64,000 nt of DNA, taken from NCBI GenBank assembly GCA_015068725.1, contig SVKA01000006.1, positions 11,562 through 75,561 of the forward strand, given 5' to 3'. Source of the DNA: Oscillospiraceae bacterium. GTDB lineage: Bacteria > Bacillota > Clostridia > UBA1381 > UMGS1253. The notes under the pieces are model-generated. The model had not been told where the DNA came from. It was given only the letters and a program-made list of their open reading frames with translations, and ran no database searches. Below, one piece after another: positions 19,255 through 29,974 of this stretch (position 1 is the stretch's first letter; each line of letters opens with the position of its first letter). The translations under genes and the position numbers were made by a program.

Positions 19255-19992
19255 TTATCGTCCGCCAAAACGTCTGTTTCTTGATAAGTATTCGTCAATG
19301 GCTTGTGTAAATTCCTTTTCGCCAAAGTCGGGCCAAAGTACAGGCGTAAAATAAAATTCGCTGTAAGAGCTTTGCCACAAAAGGTAATTACTAAGACGCA
19401 TTTCGCCGCTTGTGCGAATCACAAGGTCGGGGTCGGGCATATAGTCTGTATAAAGCTTTGATGAAAAAAGCTTTTCATCAATATCGTTTATATCTACAAG
19501 GCCGCTTTTTACATCAAGTGCAATATTTTTTGCTGCGCGAAGAATTTCGTCGCGTCCGCCATAGTTGAGCGCAAGAGTAACCGTAACAGAGGTGTTATTT
19601 TGCGTAAGCTTTTCAACACGCACAATCTGCTCTTTGATTTCATCGGAAAAGCGTGATGTATCGCCGATTACGCGTATGCGAACATCATCTGCGCCAAGCT
19701 CTTTTTCGGCGTTTTTCAAATACTCCAAAAGCAGCGACATAAGACCGCTTACCTCTTCGTCCGAGCGTTTCCAGTTTTCAGTCGAAAAAGCATATACGGT
19801 TATATATTCAATGCCCATGTTACCTGCAAAACGGCTCACCTTGCGAAGTGCATCGGCGCCTGCTCGGTGTCCCATCATGCGTGGAAGCGAACGCTTTTTT
19901 GCCCATCTGCCGTTGCCGTCCATTATTATTGCCACATGCTTTGGCAAAGATGATTTGTCATACTCTTTTGGTTTCTTTTTAAAAAGTGCCAT
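19255..19992 (-). CDS. uppS: Isoprenyl transferase (undecaprenyl diphosphate synthase)
   Basis: HVAIIMDGNGRWAKKR, FSTENWKR and RTSGEMRLSNYLLWQ motifs. Confidence 0.93.
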   Translation of the reverse strand: MALFKKKPKEYDKSSLPKHVAIIMDGNGRWAKKRSLPRMMGHRAGADALRKVSRFAGNMGIEYITVYAFSTENWKRSDEEVSGLMSLLLEYLKNAEKELGADDVRIRVIGDTSRFSDEIKEQIVRVEKLTQNNTSVTVTLALNYGGRDEILRAAKNIALDVKSGLVDINDIDEKLFSSKLYTDYMPDPDLVIRTSGEMRLSNYLLWQSSYSEFYFTPVLWPDFGEKEFTQAIDEYLSRNRRFGGR

Positions 19993-20025
19993 AACAACCT
20001 CCGCACATAAGCTTTATACAGGTTA

Positions 20026-20580
20026 TCATACCTCTAAGATTTCTTTTTCTTTCTTAGCAAGCATTGTGTCAATCTCTTTTACATATTCATCTGTAAGAGA
20101 CTGAATGTTTTTCTCAATTTCCTTAAGGTCATCTTCGGTAATTTCGCCTGCTTTTTTCTGTGCCTTAAAGCCTTCGATAGCATCACGGCGTATTGAACGT
20201 ATTGCAACCTTTGCCTCCTCGGCGCGCTTGTGGATATCCTTTACGAGCTCCTTTCTGCGCTCCTCTGTAAGAGGCGGGAAGGAAAGACGAATTGACTTGC
20301 CGTCATTGTTGGGGTTGATGCCAAGCTCTGATTTCAAAATTGCTTTTTCAACCTCTTTTACAGCACTTACATCCCACGGCTGAATAAGAAGAGTGCGCGC
20401 TTCGGGAACAGAAACGCTTCCAAGCTGGGGAATAGGTGTAGGCGTGCCATAATAATCTACCATAATTTTGTCAAGAATTGCAGGGTTTGCACGACCTGCA
20501 CGAATTGATTGCAAATCTGCGCCGTAAACGCTGATAGTTTTATCCATTTTTGTTGAAATTTCGGGGTATTTTGATGCCAT
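20026..20580 (-). CDS. frr: Ribosome recycling factor
   Basis: 184 aa with SIRAGRANPAILD...PPLTEERRKELVK. Confidence 0.95.
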   Translation of the reverse strand: MASKYPEISTKMDKTISVYGADLQSIRAGRANPAILDKIMVDYYGTPTPIPQLGSVSVPEARTLLIQPWDVSAVKEVEKAILKSELGINPNNDGKSIRLSFPPLTEERRKELVKDIHKRAEEAKVAIRSIRRDAIEGFKAQKKAGEITEDDLKEIEKNIQSLTDEYVKEIDTMLAKKEKEILEV

Positions 20581-20637
20581 GATAATTTCCTCCTTGAATG
20601 TTTGTTTTATTATAATTTTATGTGTATATTTTCTAAT

Positions 20638-21411
<774 letters not shown>

Positions 21412-21464
21412 CTAAAAAATCCTGATAAAACGGGAACAAAATATTTGTCCCTTATATTTTACCA

Positions 21465-22352
21465 TTATTTTATCATGTTTGCAACCTCATCTGCAAAATT
21501 ATCTTCTCTTTTTTCTATTCCTTCACCTTTTTCGAAGCGAACGAAGTTTACAAGCTTAACGCCCTTTGATGCAAGATACTTTTCAACCTTGAATTCGCTA
21601 TCCTTAACGAACTCCTGCTGAAGCAAGCAGTTTTGCTCATAGAACTTATTGATTCTGCCGACAACCATTTTTTCGATGATTGCATCGGGTTTGCTTGAAT
21701 TTTTTGGATCTTCCTTGATTTGAGCAATAATGATGTTCTTTTCTTTTTCAAGCTCATTTGCAGGAATAACTTCAGAAGAAAGATATAAAGGATTGATAGC
21801 TGCAATCTGCATTGCAACATCTCTTGCAGCTTCGTAAGCAACTTCGTCTGCAAGACTTCCTTCAGCTTCAACAAGAACACCAATTCTGCCGCCACCATGG
21901 ATATATGTGCATACGTTACCTTCGATTCTTGCAAATCTTCTGATATTCATATTCTCGCCGATTTTTGCGATTTTTTCTGTAAGAGCATCACGAACGTTCT
22001 GGTCGCCATAGAGCTTTACGTCCATAAGTGCTTCAACATCAGCCGGTGCTGCTTCAGCAATCTTTTTCGCTACGTCAGCTACGAATGTACGGAATTCGTC
22101 GTTCTTTGCAACGAAGTCTGTCTCAGCATTAACCTCGACCAAAACGCCTACATTGCCGTCAACATAAGATTCAACAATACCTTCAGCAGCAATTCTGCCT
22201 GATTTTTTAGCAGCAGTAGCAAGACCCTTTTCTCTCAAAAATTCAATAGCTTTTTCCATATCGCCATTCGATTCTGTCAAAGCCTTTTTGCAGTCCATCA
22301 TACCGCAGCCTGTTTTTTCTCTCAAATTTTTAACGTCCATTGCGCTAAACAT
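21465..22352 (-). CDS. tsf: Elongation factor Ts
   Basis: LREKTGCGMMDCKKAL UBA-like N-terminus and EF-Ts core. Confidence 0.95.
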   Translation of the reverse strand: MFSAMDVKNLREKTGCGMMDCKKALTESNGDMEKAIEFLREKGLATAAKKSGRIAAEGIVESYVDGNVGVLVEVNAETDFVAKNDEFRTFVADVAKKIAEAAPADVEALMDVKLYGDQNVRDALTEKIAKIGENMNIRRFARIEGNVCTYIHGGGRIGVLVEAEGSLADEVAYEAARDVAMQIAAINPLYLSSEVIPANELEKEKNIIIAQIKEDPKNSSKPDAIIEKMVVGRINKFYEQNCLLQQEFVKDSEFKVEKYLASKGVKLVNFVRFEKGEGIEKREDNFADEVANMIK

Positions 22353-22472
22353 TTGTCATCAATCCTTTCGATATATAAATTGTTTTTTATCTCTACAATA
22401 AAGCGGCCTTTGCGTCTTTTCGCAAAAGACTTAAAAGACCGCCGTAATACTGTTTTAGTAAAAAATTAAATT

Positions 22473-23210
22473 TTACTCTTCTGTGCTCTCTTCAGCATCA
22501 TCTTCTACAACAGTTTCAATCTGCTCACCCTGTCTGCCTTCGATGATAGCGTTTGCCATAGCAGCAGCAATAAGCTTAACTGCACGGATAGCATCGTCGT
22601 TGCCGGGGATTACATAATCAACCTCTTCCGGATCACAGTTTGTATCAACGATTGCAACAACCGGAATACCAAGCTTCTTAGCTTCTGCGATAGCGATTTT
22701 CTCTTTGCGTGGGTCAACGATAAAGAGTGCTCCGGGGAGCTTTTTCATCTCTTTGATACCGCCAAGATACTTCTCGAGCTTTTCGCGCTCTGCCAAAAGG
22801 TTGCTTACTTCCTTTTTTGGAAGAAGATCAAATGTACCGTTTTCTTCCATCTGATTAAGCTGACTGAGTCTGTCGATACGCTTTTTGATTGTCTTAAAGT
22901 TTGTGAGCATACCGCCGAGCCATCTTGCGTTTACGTAGTACATACCAACACGAAGAGCCTCTTCTTTAATAGAATCCTGTGCCTGCTTCTTTGTACCAAC
23001 GAACAAAATGTCGTCGCCGTTAGCAGCAACTTCACGGATGAAGTTGTATGCTTCTTCTACTTTCTTTACAGTTTTCTGAAGGTCGATAATGTAGATACCG
23101 TTTCTCTCTGTAAAGATGTACTCTGCCATTTTTGGGTTCCAGCGTCTTGTCTGATGTCCGAAGTGAACACCTGCTTCAAGAAGCTGTTTCATTGAAATTA
23201 CGTTTGCCAT
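22473..23210 (-). CDS. rpsB: 30S ribosomal protein S2
   Basis: [31 protein letters not shown] 9 nt after GGAGGTG; the ORF-track start is 12 nt further upstream. Confidence 0.95.
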   Translation of the reverse strand: MANVISMKQLLEAGVHFGHQTRRWNPKMAEYIFTERNGIYIIDLQKTVKKVEEAYNFIREVAANGDDILFVGTKKQAQDSIKEEALRVGMYYVNARWLGGMLTNFKTIKKRIDRLSQLNQMEENGTFDLLPKKEVSNLLAEREKLEKYLGGIKEMKKLPGALFIVDPRKEKIAIAEAKKLGIPVVAIVDTNCDPEEVDYVIPGNDDAIRAVKLIAAAMANAIIEGRQGEQIETVVEDDAEESTEE

Positions 23211-23420
23211 TTTAAATAGCACCTCCGGTTTTAATTTTTTTCGTCAAGGCTATGCCTTGTCCGATAATACCTCCGCTTTGTTCATCGCTTTCGGGAGCCG
23301 AAAAAACGGCACCGCCCTTAAGCTTACAAAGCGTGTGTATTTTTTACGCCATAATAGAATAACATATTATGAAACAAAAAGCAAGCATTTTTTTGAAATT
23401 ATGCAAATTTTTTGTTTTAA

Positions 23421-25754
23421 TCATACCCCAATGATATTTTTAACATTCTCTTCTGTAAGAGATATACCCATAAATTCATCTATAAATGCTTCAAACGAGC
23501 CTGATTCATTTTTATCAGAGCAACGAACAACCCATGCGCAAGTGTCGCCATAAGCACGGTAATCGCAATCCATTACGGCGTCATCATTGTTAAGCTCGAG
23601 CGGCTTAGAACACCACATACCCATATAGCTGTCGCCGACGCGCGCAAACATAAAGCCATCGCGCTTTACTTCTTCCTCCATCGCAAATGATGGCCAGTAC
23701 ATATGAGTGAATTTTGTCGGGTGATCATCGGGGATATTGTAATAACAATAAAGCGTATTATTATCTTGCATTAAAGCGGGGAATACGCCGTTTCCATACC
23801 AATAGTCAGGACGCATACCTCCAAAATCTTTTTCAGTACCCGGATGATTTACGAATGTATAACAACGGTTTGAAATAGCTGCATACCAAAGATGTTGCTG
23901 ATAGCCGTATTCACCGGGAACAAACAACGATGTTCCATGGAACCATTCGTTCATAACCTTTGTAGCATAATATTCGGTGTCTGTATATTTTTCCTCCGGA
24001 AGCGGTGTGCGCCTTGGAGAAGCAACCGATGTAAGCATATAGTTTTTCGTTTTTTTTGTAGTAATGCTTGCTCTTCCTGAATCAAATGTAACATTGGCAT
24101 TATTGCGCATAAGGTCCGTCAAATCATCAGGCATTTTATATGAGCTGTAATAGAAGTATATAAGCCAACCACTGTATGCTTGGGCGCAGTTTTCGTCAAT
24201 CGCATACAAAAGACTTTGCAGAGCTGAATCGTAAGGTGTGAGAGCTCCTCTGTATATTCTTCCCATAGGTGCCATATGTATACCATCAAAGCATTGAAGT
24301 GCCGCTTCGCGCATAATTCTGTCAAGAGTGTTTTTTGCGCGTGCTTTTATAACCTCGTCGGTTGAAAAATCATAAAGAACAAAAAGCGGCGCTGTTGTTA
24401 CAAGCAGATATCCGCCTGCCAAAAATTCTTCGAAACCTTCGTGTTCAATTACATCAAACCACTGGTTTATACGATTCATACCCTTTTTATATAGGTCTAT
24501 ACCACGCTTGCCTGAACGATGGAAAAATTCTTCGGGCCATATACTTCCGGCGAGCGTCTGACATACAAAAAATGTAAGTGCATGATTTTCGCTCCAGAAG
24601 CACATTGCATCTGCGCCTTCTTCGTCCATCCAATATCTGTAATCGAGAGCAACATCGTGTATCTTTTTTTTGTATTCGTCGCTTATGGGAAGCAGTTTGT
24701 AGATATACAACAAGCCCATAAGAGCAAAGTCGGAACAGTCTTTTCGAATTGCAACATATTCAAGTGCGTTGTCAATAAGCTTGTAATCTTCATCGCTGAT
24801 TGTTTGGTTGATGTAGTACTTGGAAAGAAAAGCAAAAAGTATTGACCAATCCGGGGTGAAGGGAGTGTTAGCAATTTTAGTTAATACTGCGTTTTTGCGT
24901 GATTGACTGGAATTGTCCTTGTTAAATACGAGCTTTTCATTCTGAAGAATGTCAAAACGACGCATAAATTGCTGTGAACATACGTCGAAAGATACTGCGA
25001 CATTTCTTTTGCCCGCTACACCATAAGAGCAGCCTTCATTCCAAACGTATTCGTCCTCGTCTAATTTAACTGTTACGGGGAAGGAAGGTTGTTTTTTTGA
25101 AACAAGCTTTGTTTTATCACAACGCAAATCACAAAGCCAGTTTTCAGCTTCTTTGAGCTTTGTGAGCGTATCGCTTTCTATGGGAAGCGTTACACATACT
25201 CCGTCTGTGTCAAAAAGCTGAAGCGAGAACATATTTCTTGTATCACGTACGCCAAAGTTCTGAAGAGATACAAAAATATCGTTTATGCCTTCTCTTAGCT
25301 CAAGAGTAATATCAAGATGACTTATCGGTTTATATACGGGGTCTTTGATGTTTGCACAGTGAGTACCATTAAGCCACATATCAACTGTGCAGTACGACCA
25401 GATTCTTGCGCGGACAGCTTTTGCCCTGTCGCTTACAAGCTGAGTTATAGCATGGATATTAACACTCGTAAGGGTGAAATAGAAAGTTGAAAAATCTATA
25501 TATGTATTGCGGTTTTTTGCATAAAACTTCCACTCGGCACCAAGTGAACTTTTCTCGCCAATAGTTCCCGATGGAGGAACCTGCGAGATGGGTTTTGCAA
25601 AAATTTTTCGCATATCAGCTTCAAATTTTAATTGGTTTTTGTCTGTATGAGGAGCAATAAATGGTTCTGTAACAGCCTCAGTTGTAAGATAATTTAGTAC
25701 ATACCCCTCTTTTGACAAAGAAAAACATACTTTTGAATCAGTCAATGTAAGCAC
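23421..25754 (-). CDS. Large cytoplasmic protein of unknown function; possibly a beta-sandwich plus alpha/alpha-toroid glycan-active enzyme
   Basis: Long ORF in good coding context with no signal peptide. The true start is probably GTG 25754 or TTG 25745, after the GAAAGG RBS and a TTGCTT-17-TATAAT promoter. The first ~50 codons of the ORF-track model (FSVCYFC x3) are translated tandem repeat plus promoter. The functional guess rests only on weak motif resemblance (ARIWSYCTVDMWLNG, CFWSENHALTFF). Confidence 0.6.
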   Translation of the reverse strand: MLTLTDSKVCFSLSKEGYVLNYLTTEAVTEPFIAPHTDKNQLKFEADMRKIFAKPISQVPPSGTIGEKSSLGAEWKFYAKNRNTYIDFSTFYFTLTSVNIHAITQLVSDRAKAVRARIWSYCTVDMWLNGTHCANIKDPVYKPISHLDITLELREGINDIFVSLQNFGVRDTRNMFSLQLFDTDGVCVTLPIESDTLTKLKEAENWLCDLRCDKTKLVSKKQPSFPVTVKLDEDEYVWNEGCSYGVAGKRNVAVSFDVCSQQFMRRFDILQNEKLVFNKDNSSQSRKNAVLTKIANTPFTPDWSILFAFLSKYYINQTISDEDYKLIDNALEYVAIRKDCSDFALMGLLYIYKLLPISDEYKKKIHDVALDYRYWMDEEGADAMCFWSENHALTFFVCQTLAGSIWPEEFFHRSGKRGIDLYKKGMNRINQWFDVIEHEGFEEFLAGGYLLVTTAPLFVLYDFSTDEVIKARAKNTLDRIMREAALQCFDGIHMAPMGRIYRGALTPYDSALQSLLYAIDENCAQAYSGWLIYFYYSSYKMPDDLTDLMRNNANVTFDSGRASITTKKTKNYMLTSVASPRRTPLPEEKYTDTEYYATKVMNEWFHGTSLFVPGEYGYQQHLWYAAISNRCYTFVNHPGTEKDFGGMRPDYWYGNGVFPALMQDNNTLYCYYNIPDDHPTKFTHMYWPSFAMEEEVKRDGFMFARVGDSYMGMWCSKPLELNNDDAVMDCDYRAYGDTCAWVVRCSDKNESGSFEAFIDEFMGISLTEENVKNIIGV

Positions 25755-25784
25755 GACCTTTCTTTTTTGATAAAATTCAGCTAT

Positions 25785-25813
25785 ATTATATTTTATATTG
25801 TCCGCAAAAGCAA
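25785..25813 (-). promoter_or_regulatory. SigA-type promoter of the orphan gene
   Basis: On the minus strand, TTGCTT, a 17-nt spacer, then TATAAT, about 30 nt upstream of the RBS. Confidence 0.6.
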
Positions 25814-25829
25814 TAAAAAAATCAAAAAA

Positions 25830-25896
25830 ACAAAAATAACAAACAGAAAAACAAAAATAACAAACAGAAAAACAAAAATAACAAACAGAAAAACAA
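25830..25896. repeat. Perfect 21-bp tandem repeat, ~3.2 copies (ACAAAAATAACAAACAGAAAA)
   Basis: Read directly. Units at 25830-25850, 25851-25871 and 25872-25892, plus a partial unit. It lies between the ATPase terminator and the downstream promoter. Confidence 0.95.
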
Positions 25897-25917
25897 GCCG
25901 TGGTCAAAACACGGCTT
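25895..25917 (-). terminator. Terminator of the P-type ATPase gene
   Basis: AAGCCGTG-ttttgac-CACGGCTT followed by a T-rich run on the minus strand, 9 nt after the stop. Confidence 0.75.
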
Positions 25918-25925
25918 ATTCGTTA

Positions 25926-28400
25926 TTAAGATTTTTCAGGCTTTGACACAAAAATCCGACGTGTAGCCTTGACTGTAATATTGTGCAGCTTGTACAGCGC
26001 AAAGAAAAGCTTTGTCATATATCTTAGCACAGGCTCGGTTGCAATTATAAATATGACTAAAAGCATACTTGCTTTAAGCGAAAGCGGTGTGATGCCGAAT
26101 AAGTCATTTAAGAATATGCTCGATAAAACAAGTCCTGCGAGCATTGCACCCCATATACACCACCTGAGCACATTCATGGGCCTGCTCATGCGGTACAAAA
26201 ACAACATACCAACCGTTGATAAAAGAAGAGCAGAAACAGTTGACATATCAGCTTCGCCCACACCAAAAATTTCGGTAAAAAGCATAAGTGATGCAACTAT
26301 AACAAATCCCGTAAGTCCTGCGGGCAGCGCTTCGCCAAGCACATTTGGCAAAAACTTTCCTTTTATAATATTGTGATTTGGTTCAAGAGCCAAAAAGAAT
26401 GCAGGCATGCCAATTGTAAACATACTTACAAGAGAAATCTGTGATGGAAGGAGAGGATAATTCACGACAAAAATCATCGAGAAAAGCGCCATCATCATAG
26501 AAAAAATATTTTTAACCAAAAACAGTGATGCCGAGCGTTCGATGTTGTTTACTACGCGCCTTCCTTCGAGCACGACAGAGGGCATATACGCAAAATCCGA
26601 GTCGAGCAGTACAAGCTGAGAAACATGTGTGGCGGCCTCGCTTCCTGATGCCATAGCTATACTGCAATCAGCTTTTTTGAGTGCGAGCACGTCATTTACA
26701 CCATCGCCAGTCATCGCAACGGTTTTTCCCGCTTTTTTGAGTGCGAGTACAAACTGTTTTTTCTGCTTGGGTGTTACTCTGCCAAATACCGTGTATTTCA
26801 TAATCGCTTCGCCGATTTGCTCATCTGTAACAAGCGTGCTTGCGTCAATGTAATTATCAGAATTTTTAATGCCTGCACGCTCTGCAACTGCTGATACGGT
26901 GAGCGGGTTGTCGCCCGAAATTACCTTTATCTCAACGCCTTGCTCATCAAAATATTCAAAGGTTTGCTTTGCGTCTTTTCTTATAGGATTTGATGCAACA
27001 ATAAGACACAACGCAGTTACGTCTTCTGCAAGAGCGTTGCCGTCGGGGACGCCATCGTATTTTGCAAACACAAGCACTCTTTGTCCGTTTTTTGAATAGC
27101 CTTCAATTTGCTCTTTGTACTCCTCATAGCGCTCACGCAGTATAAATTCGGGCGCGCCGAGAACGTACGCATCCTCGCCAAAAACTGCGGATGAATATTT
27201 ATATGCAGATGAAAACGAAATCACCTTATCTGCAAGTGTGCCGCTGTTTTGGGTAAAACGCTCCTTTATGGCAGCCATAGTTATATTGTCTTCGCTCATA
27301 TTTGCCGCAAAATCGCCGACAAGAATTTCGAGCGAAGGCTCGTTTTCGCCAAAAATATATTCATCAAGCTCTACAAGCTCGTCAACTTTTATGTTGTTCT
27401 CCGTAATAGTTCCTGTTTTATCGACACACAAAACATTTACGCGTGCAAGTGTTTCTATGCACGAAAGCTCATGCACAAGAACTCTTTTTTTCGCAAGGCG
27501 CATTACACTTAAAACCATTGCAACGCTTGCCAAAAGATAAAGCCCTTCGGGAATCATACCGATAAGCGCCGCTACCATTGATACAACGCTTTGCGAAAGC
27601 GTTTCTCCAAGCTTAATATAATGCTGCCAGAACATTATAACTCCAATCGGTATTATGGCTATACCAACAATGGCAATAAGGCGGTTTAAAGAGCGAATCA
27701 TTTCCGAGCGCTCGCCCTTTTTTTCAGCCTTTGCTTCAAGCATAAGCCTTGATATATACGAGTTCTCACCGACGGTAGTAAGCTGTGCCATACAATGTCC
27801 CGATACAACAAAGCTGCCCGACATAAGCTTATCGCCGCTGTTTTTTGAAACCTCGTCTGCCTCTCCCGTAAGGAGTGATTCGTTTACATTTATCTGTCCG
27901 TCAACAACTACTGCGTCTGCGCAAATCTGATTACCTGCGTCGAATATGACAATATCATCTACAACGAGATTTTCGCAAGCTATTGTGCTTATCTGACCAT
28001 CGCGCAGCACGCGTGCCGTTGGAGCGTTCATAATTGAAAGCTTGTCCAAAACGCGTTTTGAACGTATTTCCTGCACTATACCGATTAAGGTATTTAAAAT
28101 GATTACGGGAAGAAAAGTAAGCTCGCGAAATGAGCCGACCAAAATCAAAAGAAGGGCCAGAAACGCAAACACAAAATTAAAATATGTAAAAACATTGCTT
28201 GCGATAATCTGGGGTATTGTCTTTGATGGGGCATCTATGCTTTCGTTTATCAAGCCTGCATTTTCGCGCTCGGCAACCTCACCACGCAAAAGTCCCGTAT
28301 TTATGTCGGTGTAAATTATTTGATTTTCATATTCTGAGCTTATAGCTTCGTTTGTTTTTCTCATCATTTCCTCCGAAAAATTCAGAATAGTTATCATCAA
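25926..28400 (-). CDS. Cation-transporting P-type ATPase (P2-like, HAD-IC family)
   Basis: DKTGTITEN phosphorylation site, MTGDGVNDVLALKKAD hinge, IPEGL in TM4 and ~10 predicted TM segments. Confidence 0.88.
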   Translation of the reverse strand: MMITILNFSEEMMRKTNEAISSEYENQIIYTDINTGLLRGEVAERENAGLINESIDAPSKTIPQIIASNVFTYFNFVFAFLALLLILVGSFRELTFLPVIILNTLIGIVQEIRSKRVLDKLSIMNAPTARVLRDGQISTIACENLVVDDIVIFDAGNQICADAVVVDGQINVNESLLTGEADEVSKNSGDKLMSGSFVVSGHCMAQLTTVGENSYISRLMLEAKAEKKGERSEMIRSLNRLIAIVGIAIIPIGVIMFWQHYIKLGETLSQSVVSMVAALIGMIPEGLYLLASVAMVLSVMRLAKKRVLVHELSCIETLARVNVLCVDKTGTITENNIKVDELVELDEYIFGENEPSLEILVGDFAANMSEDNITMAAIKERFTQNSGTLADKVISFSSAYKYSSAVFGEDAYVLGAPEFILRERYEEYKEQIEGYSKNGQRVLVFAKYDGVPDGNALAEDVTALCLIVASNPIRKDAKQTFEYFDEQGVEIKVISGDNPLTVSAVAERAGIKNSDNYIDASTLVTDEQIGEAIMKYTVFGRVTPKQKKQFVLALKKAGKTVAMTGDGVNDVLALKKADCSIAMASGSEAATHVSQLVLLDSDFAYMPSVVLEGRRVVNNIERSASLFLVKNIFSMMMALFSMIFVVNYPLLPSQISLVSMFTIGMPAFFLALEPNHNIIKGKFLPNVLGEALPAGLTGFVIVASLMLFTEIFGVGEADMSTVSALLLSTVGMLFLYRMSRPMNVLRWCIWGAMLAGLVLSSIFLNDLFGITPLSLKASMLLVIFIIATEPVLRYMTKLFFALYKLHNITVKATRRIFVSKPEKS

Positions 28401-28490
28401 TATTGATTATTCTCAAAAATGCTATATTATATTACCATATAATAAATTGTTCTTCAACAAAAAATATAAAAAGTTAATGTAATATTAAAA

Positions 28491-28514
28491 AAGCAGTGTA
28501 GATGTCTACACTGC
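28491..28514 (-). terminator. Terminator of the small membrane protein gene
   Basis: AGCAGTGTAG...CTACACTGCT stem with a T-run on the minus strand. Confidence 0.75.
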
Positions 28515-28526
28515 TGATTTAACAAA

Positions 28527-29051
28527 TTATCTTGTTTTTTTTGCCTTCTTTGCTTTCTTTGTAAACTTTTTAATAAGAATGCCGTAGTACACAAAAGTAA
28601 ATACAAGATATGCAAGCATAAGATATGCAACTACAAAATACTCATAACGTGTGTTTTTAAGAAAAACAACTATTGAGCGAAAAGCGGCGGGAACCGTTTC
28701 AACAGGCATCCATTTTGTGTAGAATGGAAGATTCAGATAGAACACTACAAGACAGATTGCAAGTGTCATATGAGCATAGTTTTTAAATGTTGATGAATAT
28801 GTCTCAAGTTTTGGCAATTTTGTGTATGAAAGCGTATACAAAGCTACAGTGCCAAGTGCAAGAAGCACAAATACTGCGCACATTACATAGCGATATGTTA
28901 AAATATTTCCTATACGTCCCATTGCATAAAGATAAAATGCATACAAAAGAACATAACCTAAAATAGTGTAACCGAAATTTATAAGCATTCGGTTAGTAAG
29001 CTTTTCTTCAATCTGCTTTGCGCTAAGATTTGCCATATCCTTAATTTTCAT
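28527..29051 (-). CDS. Hypothetical integral membrane protein with a polybasic C-terminus
   Basis: 174 aa with ~4 hydrophobic segments and a KKFTKKAKKAKKTR tail. No family recognised. Confidence 0.55.
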   Translation of the reverse strand: MKIKDMANLSAKQIEEKLTNRMLINFGYTILGYVLLYAFYLYAMGRIGNILTYRYVMCAVFVLLALGTVALYTLSYTKLPKLETYSSTFKNYAHMTLAICLVVFYLNLPFYTKWMPVETVPAAFRSIVVFLKNTRYEYFVVAYLMLAYLVFTFVYYGILIKKFTKKAKKAKKTR

Positions 29052-29090
29052 GTAAAAAATCCCCCTTGTATCCTTATCCTGTGTTTATAA

Positions 29091-29828
29091 TTAAAGCAAA
29101 AATTCGTAATTTATCATAGAAAGCACAGCCGCTCCTGCTGTTTCTGTCCGCAGTATCCGCTTGCCAAGACTGACGGTTGCAATTTCCGAGGCTTTTATTT
29201 TTTCAAGCTCGCTATCGGAAATACCACCCTCGGGACCTATAACATAAGCTATACTTTTTATGTCTTTGGTTTTTTTGAAAGCATCTTTAATTGTTGTACC
29301 GTCTTCGTTTTCGTATGCTGTAAAGCTTAAATCATACTCTTTTATCAAGCCGAGCATATCATTAAAAGTAACGGGCATTTCAACTTTCGGAACAATTCCG
29401 CGCCCCGATTGCTTTGACGCTGCAAGAGCAATGCTCTGATAGCGCTCGGTTTTCCTTTTTGCATCAGCCTCACTATTTAATTTTACAACACATCTGTCCA
29501 TAATGCAAGGAATAATTTTATTAATTCCAAGCTCGGTGCATTTTTGAATTATATATTCCATTTTTCCCGACTTTGGAAGCGCCTGAAAAAGTGTTATTTC
29601 GATATCAGGCTCTGACTCACTCTTTTTTTGAGAAATGATAGATGCACTGACCGAGTCTTTATCAGATTTTTCTATCTTTGCCTCGTAATCGCTGCCACAG
29701 CCGTCGCAAAGTGTAATCATATCGCCCGCTTTCATACGAAGAACCTTTGATATGTGCTTTGCATCTTCGCCGCATATTGTTATATGAGCATCCAAAATGT
29801 CGTTTTTATCTATAAAAAATCGCGGCAT
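29091..29828 (-). CDS. rsmE: 16S rRNA (uracil1498-N3)-methyltransferase
   Basis: MPRFFI...H.KVLR N-terminal PUA-like region, and a C-terminal SPOUT region with IGPEGG and LGKRILRTETA. Confidence 0.88.
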   Translation of the reverse strand: MPRFFIDKNDILDAHITICGEDAKHISKVLRMKAGDMITLCDGCGSDYEAKIEKSDKDSVSASIISQKKSESEPDIEITLFQALPKSGKMEYIIQKCTELGINKIIPCIMDRCVVKLNSEADAKRKTERYQSIALAASKQSGRGIVPKVEMPVTFNDMLGLIKEYDLSFTAYENEDGTTIKDAFKKTKDIKSIAYVIGPEGGISDSELEKIKASEIATVSLGKRILRTETAGAAVLSMINYEFLL

Positions 29829-29974
29829 AATTCACCTCGTAAACGTATAGGCAGTAATTTTTTTACAAAGTTGTTTTAAACTCTACATAATATATTATCA
29901 AATTCAAACAAAAAAATCAATACAAAAATAAAAAATCGAATATAAATTTTGTATCCGATTTTTTAAACCAATCT

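Noticed and set aside
22380-22440. Nested hairpins (GTCTTTT-gcg-AAAAGAC inside GCGGTC...GGCCGC) between rpsB and tsf, considered as a novel regulatory RNA
   Set aside because: The position and the following T-rich tract fit an ordinary partial terminator or attenuator between rpsB and tsf. Nothing more can be supported from sequence alone.
23223-23420. rpsB 5' leader with small hairpins (for example CAAGGC-tat-GCCTTG), considered as an S2 autoregulatory element
   Set aside because: I cannot match it to any characterised leader motif by eye, and the hairpins are short. It is left unannotated.
25830-25896. Possible mini-CRISPR array
   Set aside because: The repeats are directly contiguous with no spacers, are only 21 bp, lack dyad symmetry, and have no cas genes nearby.
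25755-25907. N-terminal extension of the 828-aa ORF with an apparent FSVCYFC x3 peptide repeat
   Set aside because: The peptide repeat is simply the translated 21-bp DNA tandem repeat, and the extension also reads through a TTGCTT-17-TATAAT promoter and an RBS. The real start is almost certainly at 25754 or 25745.
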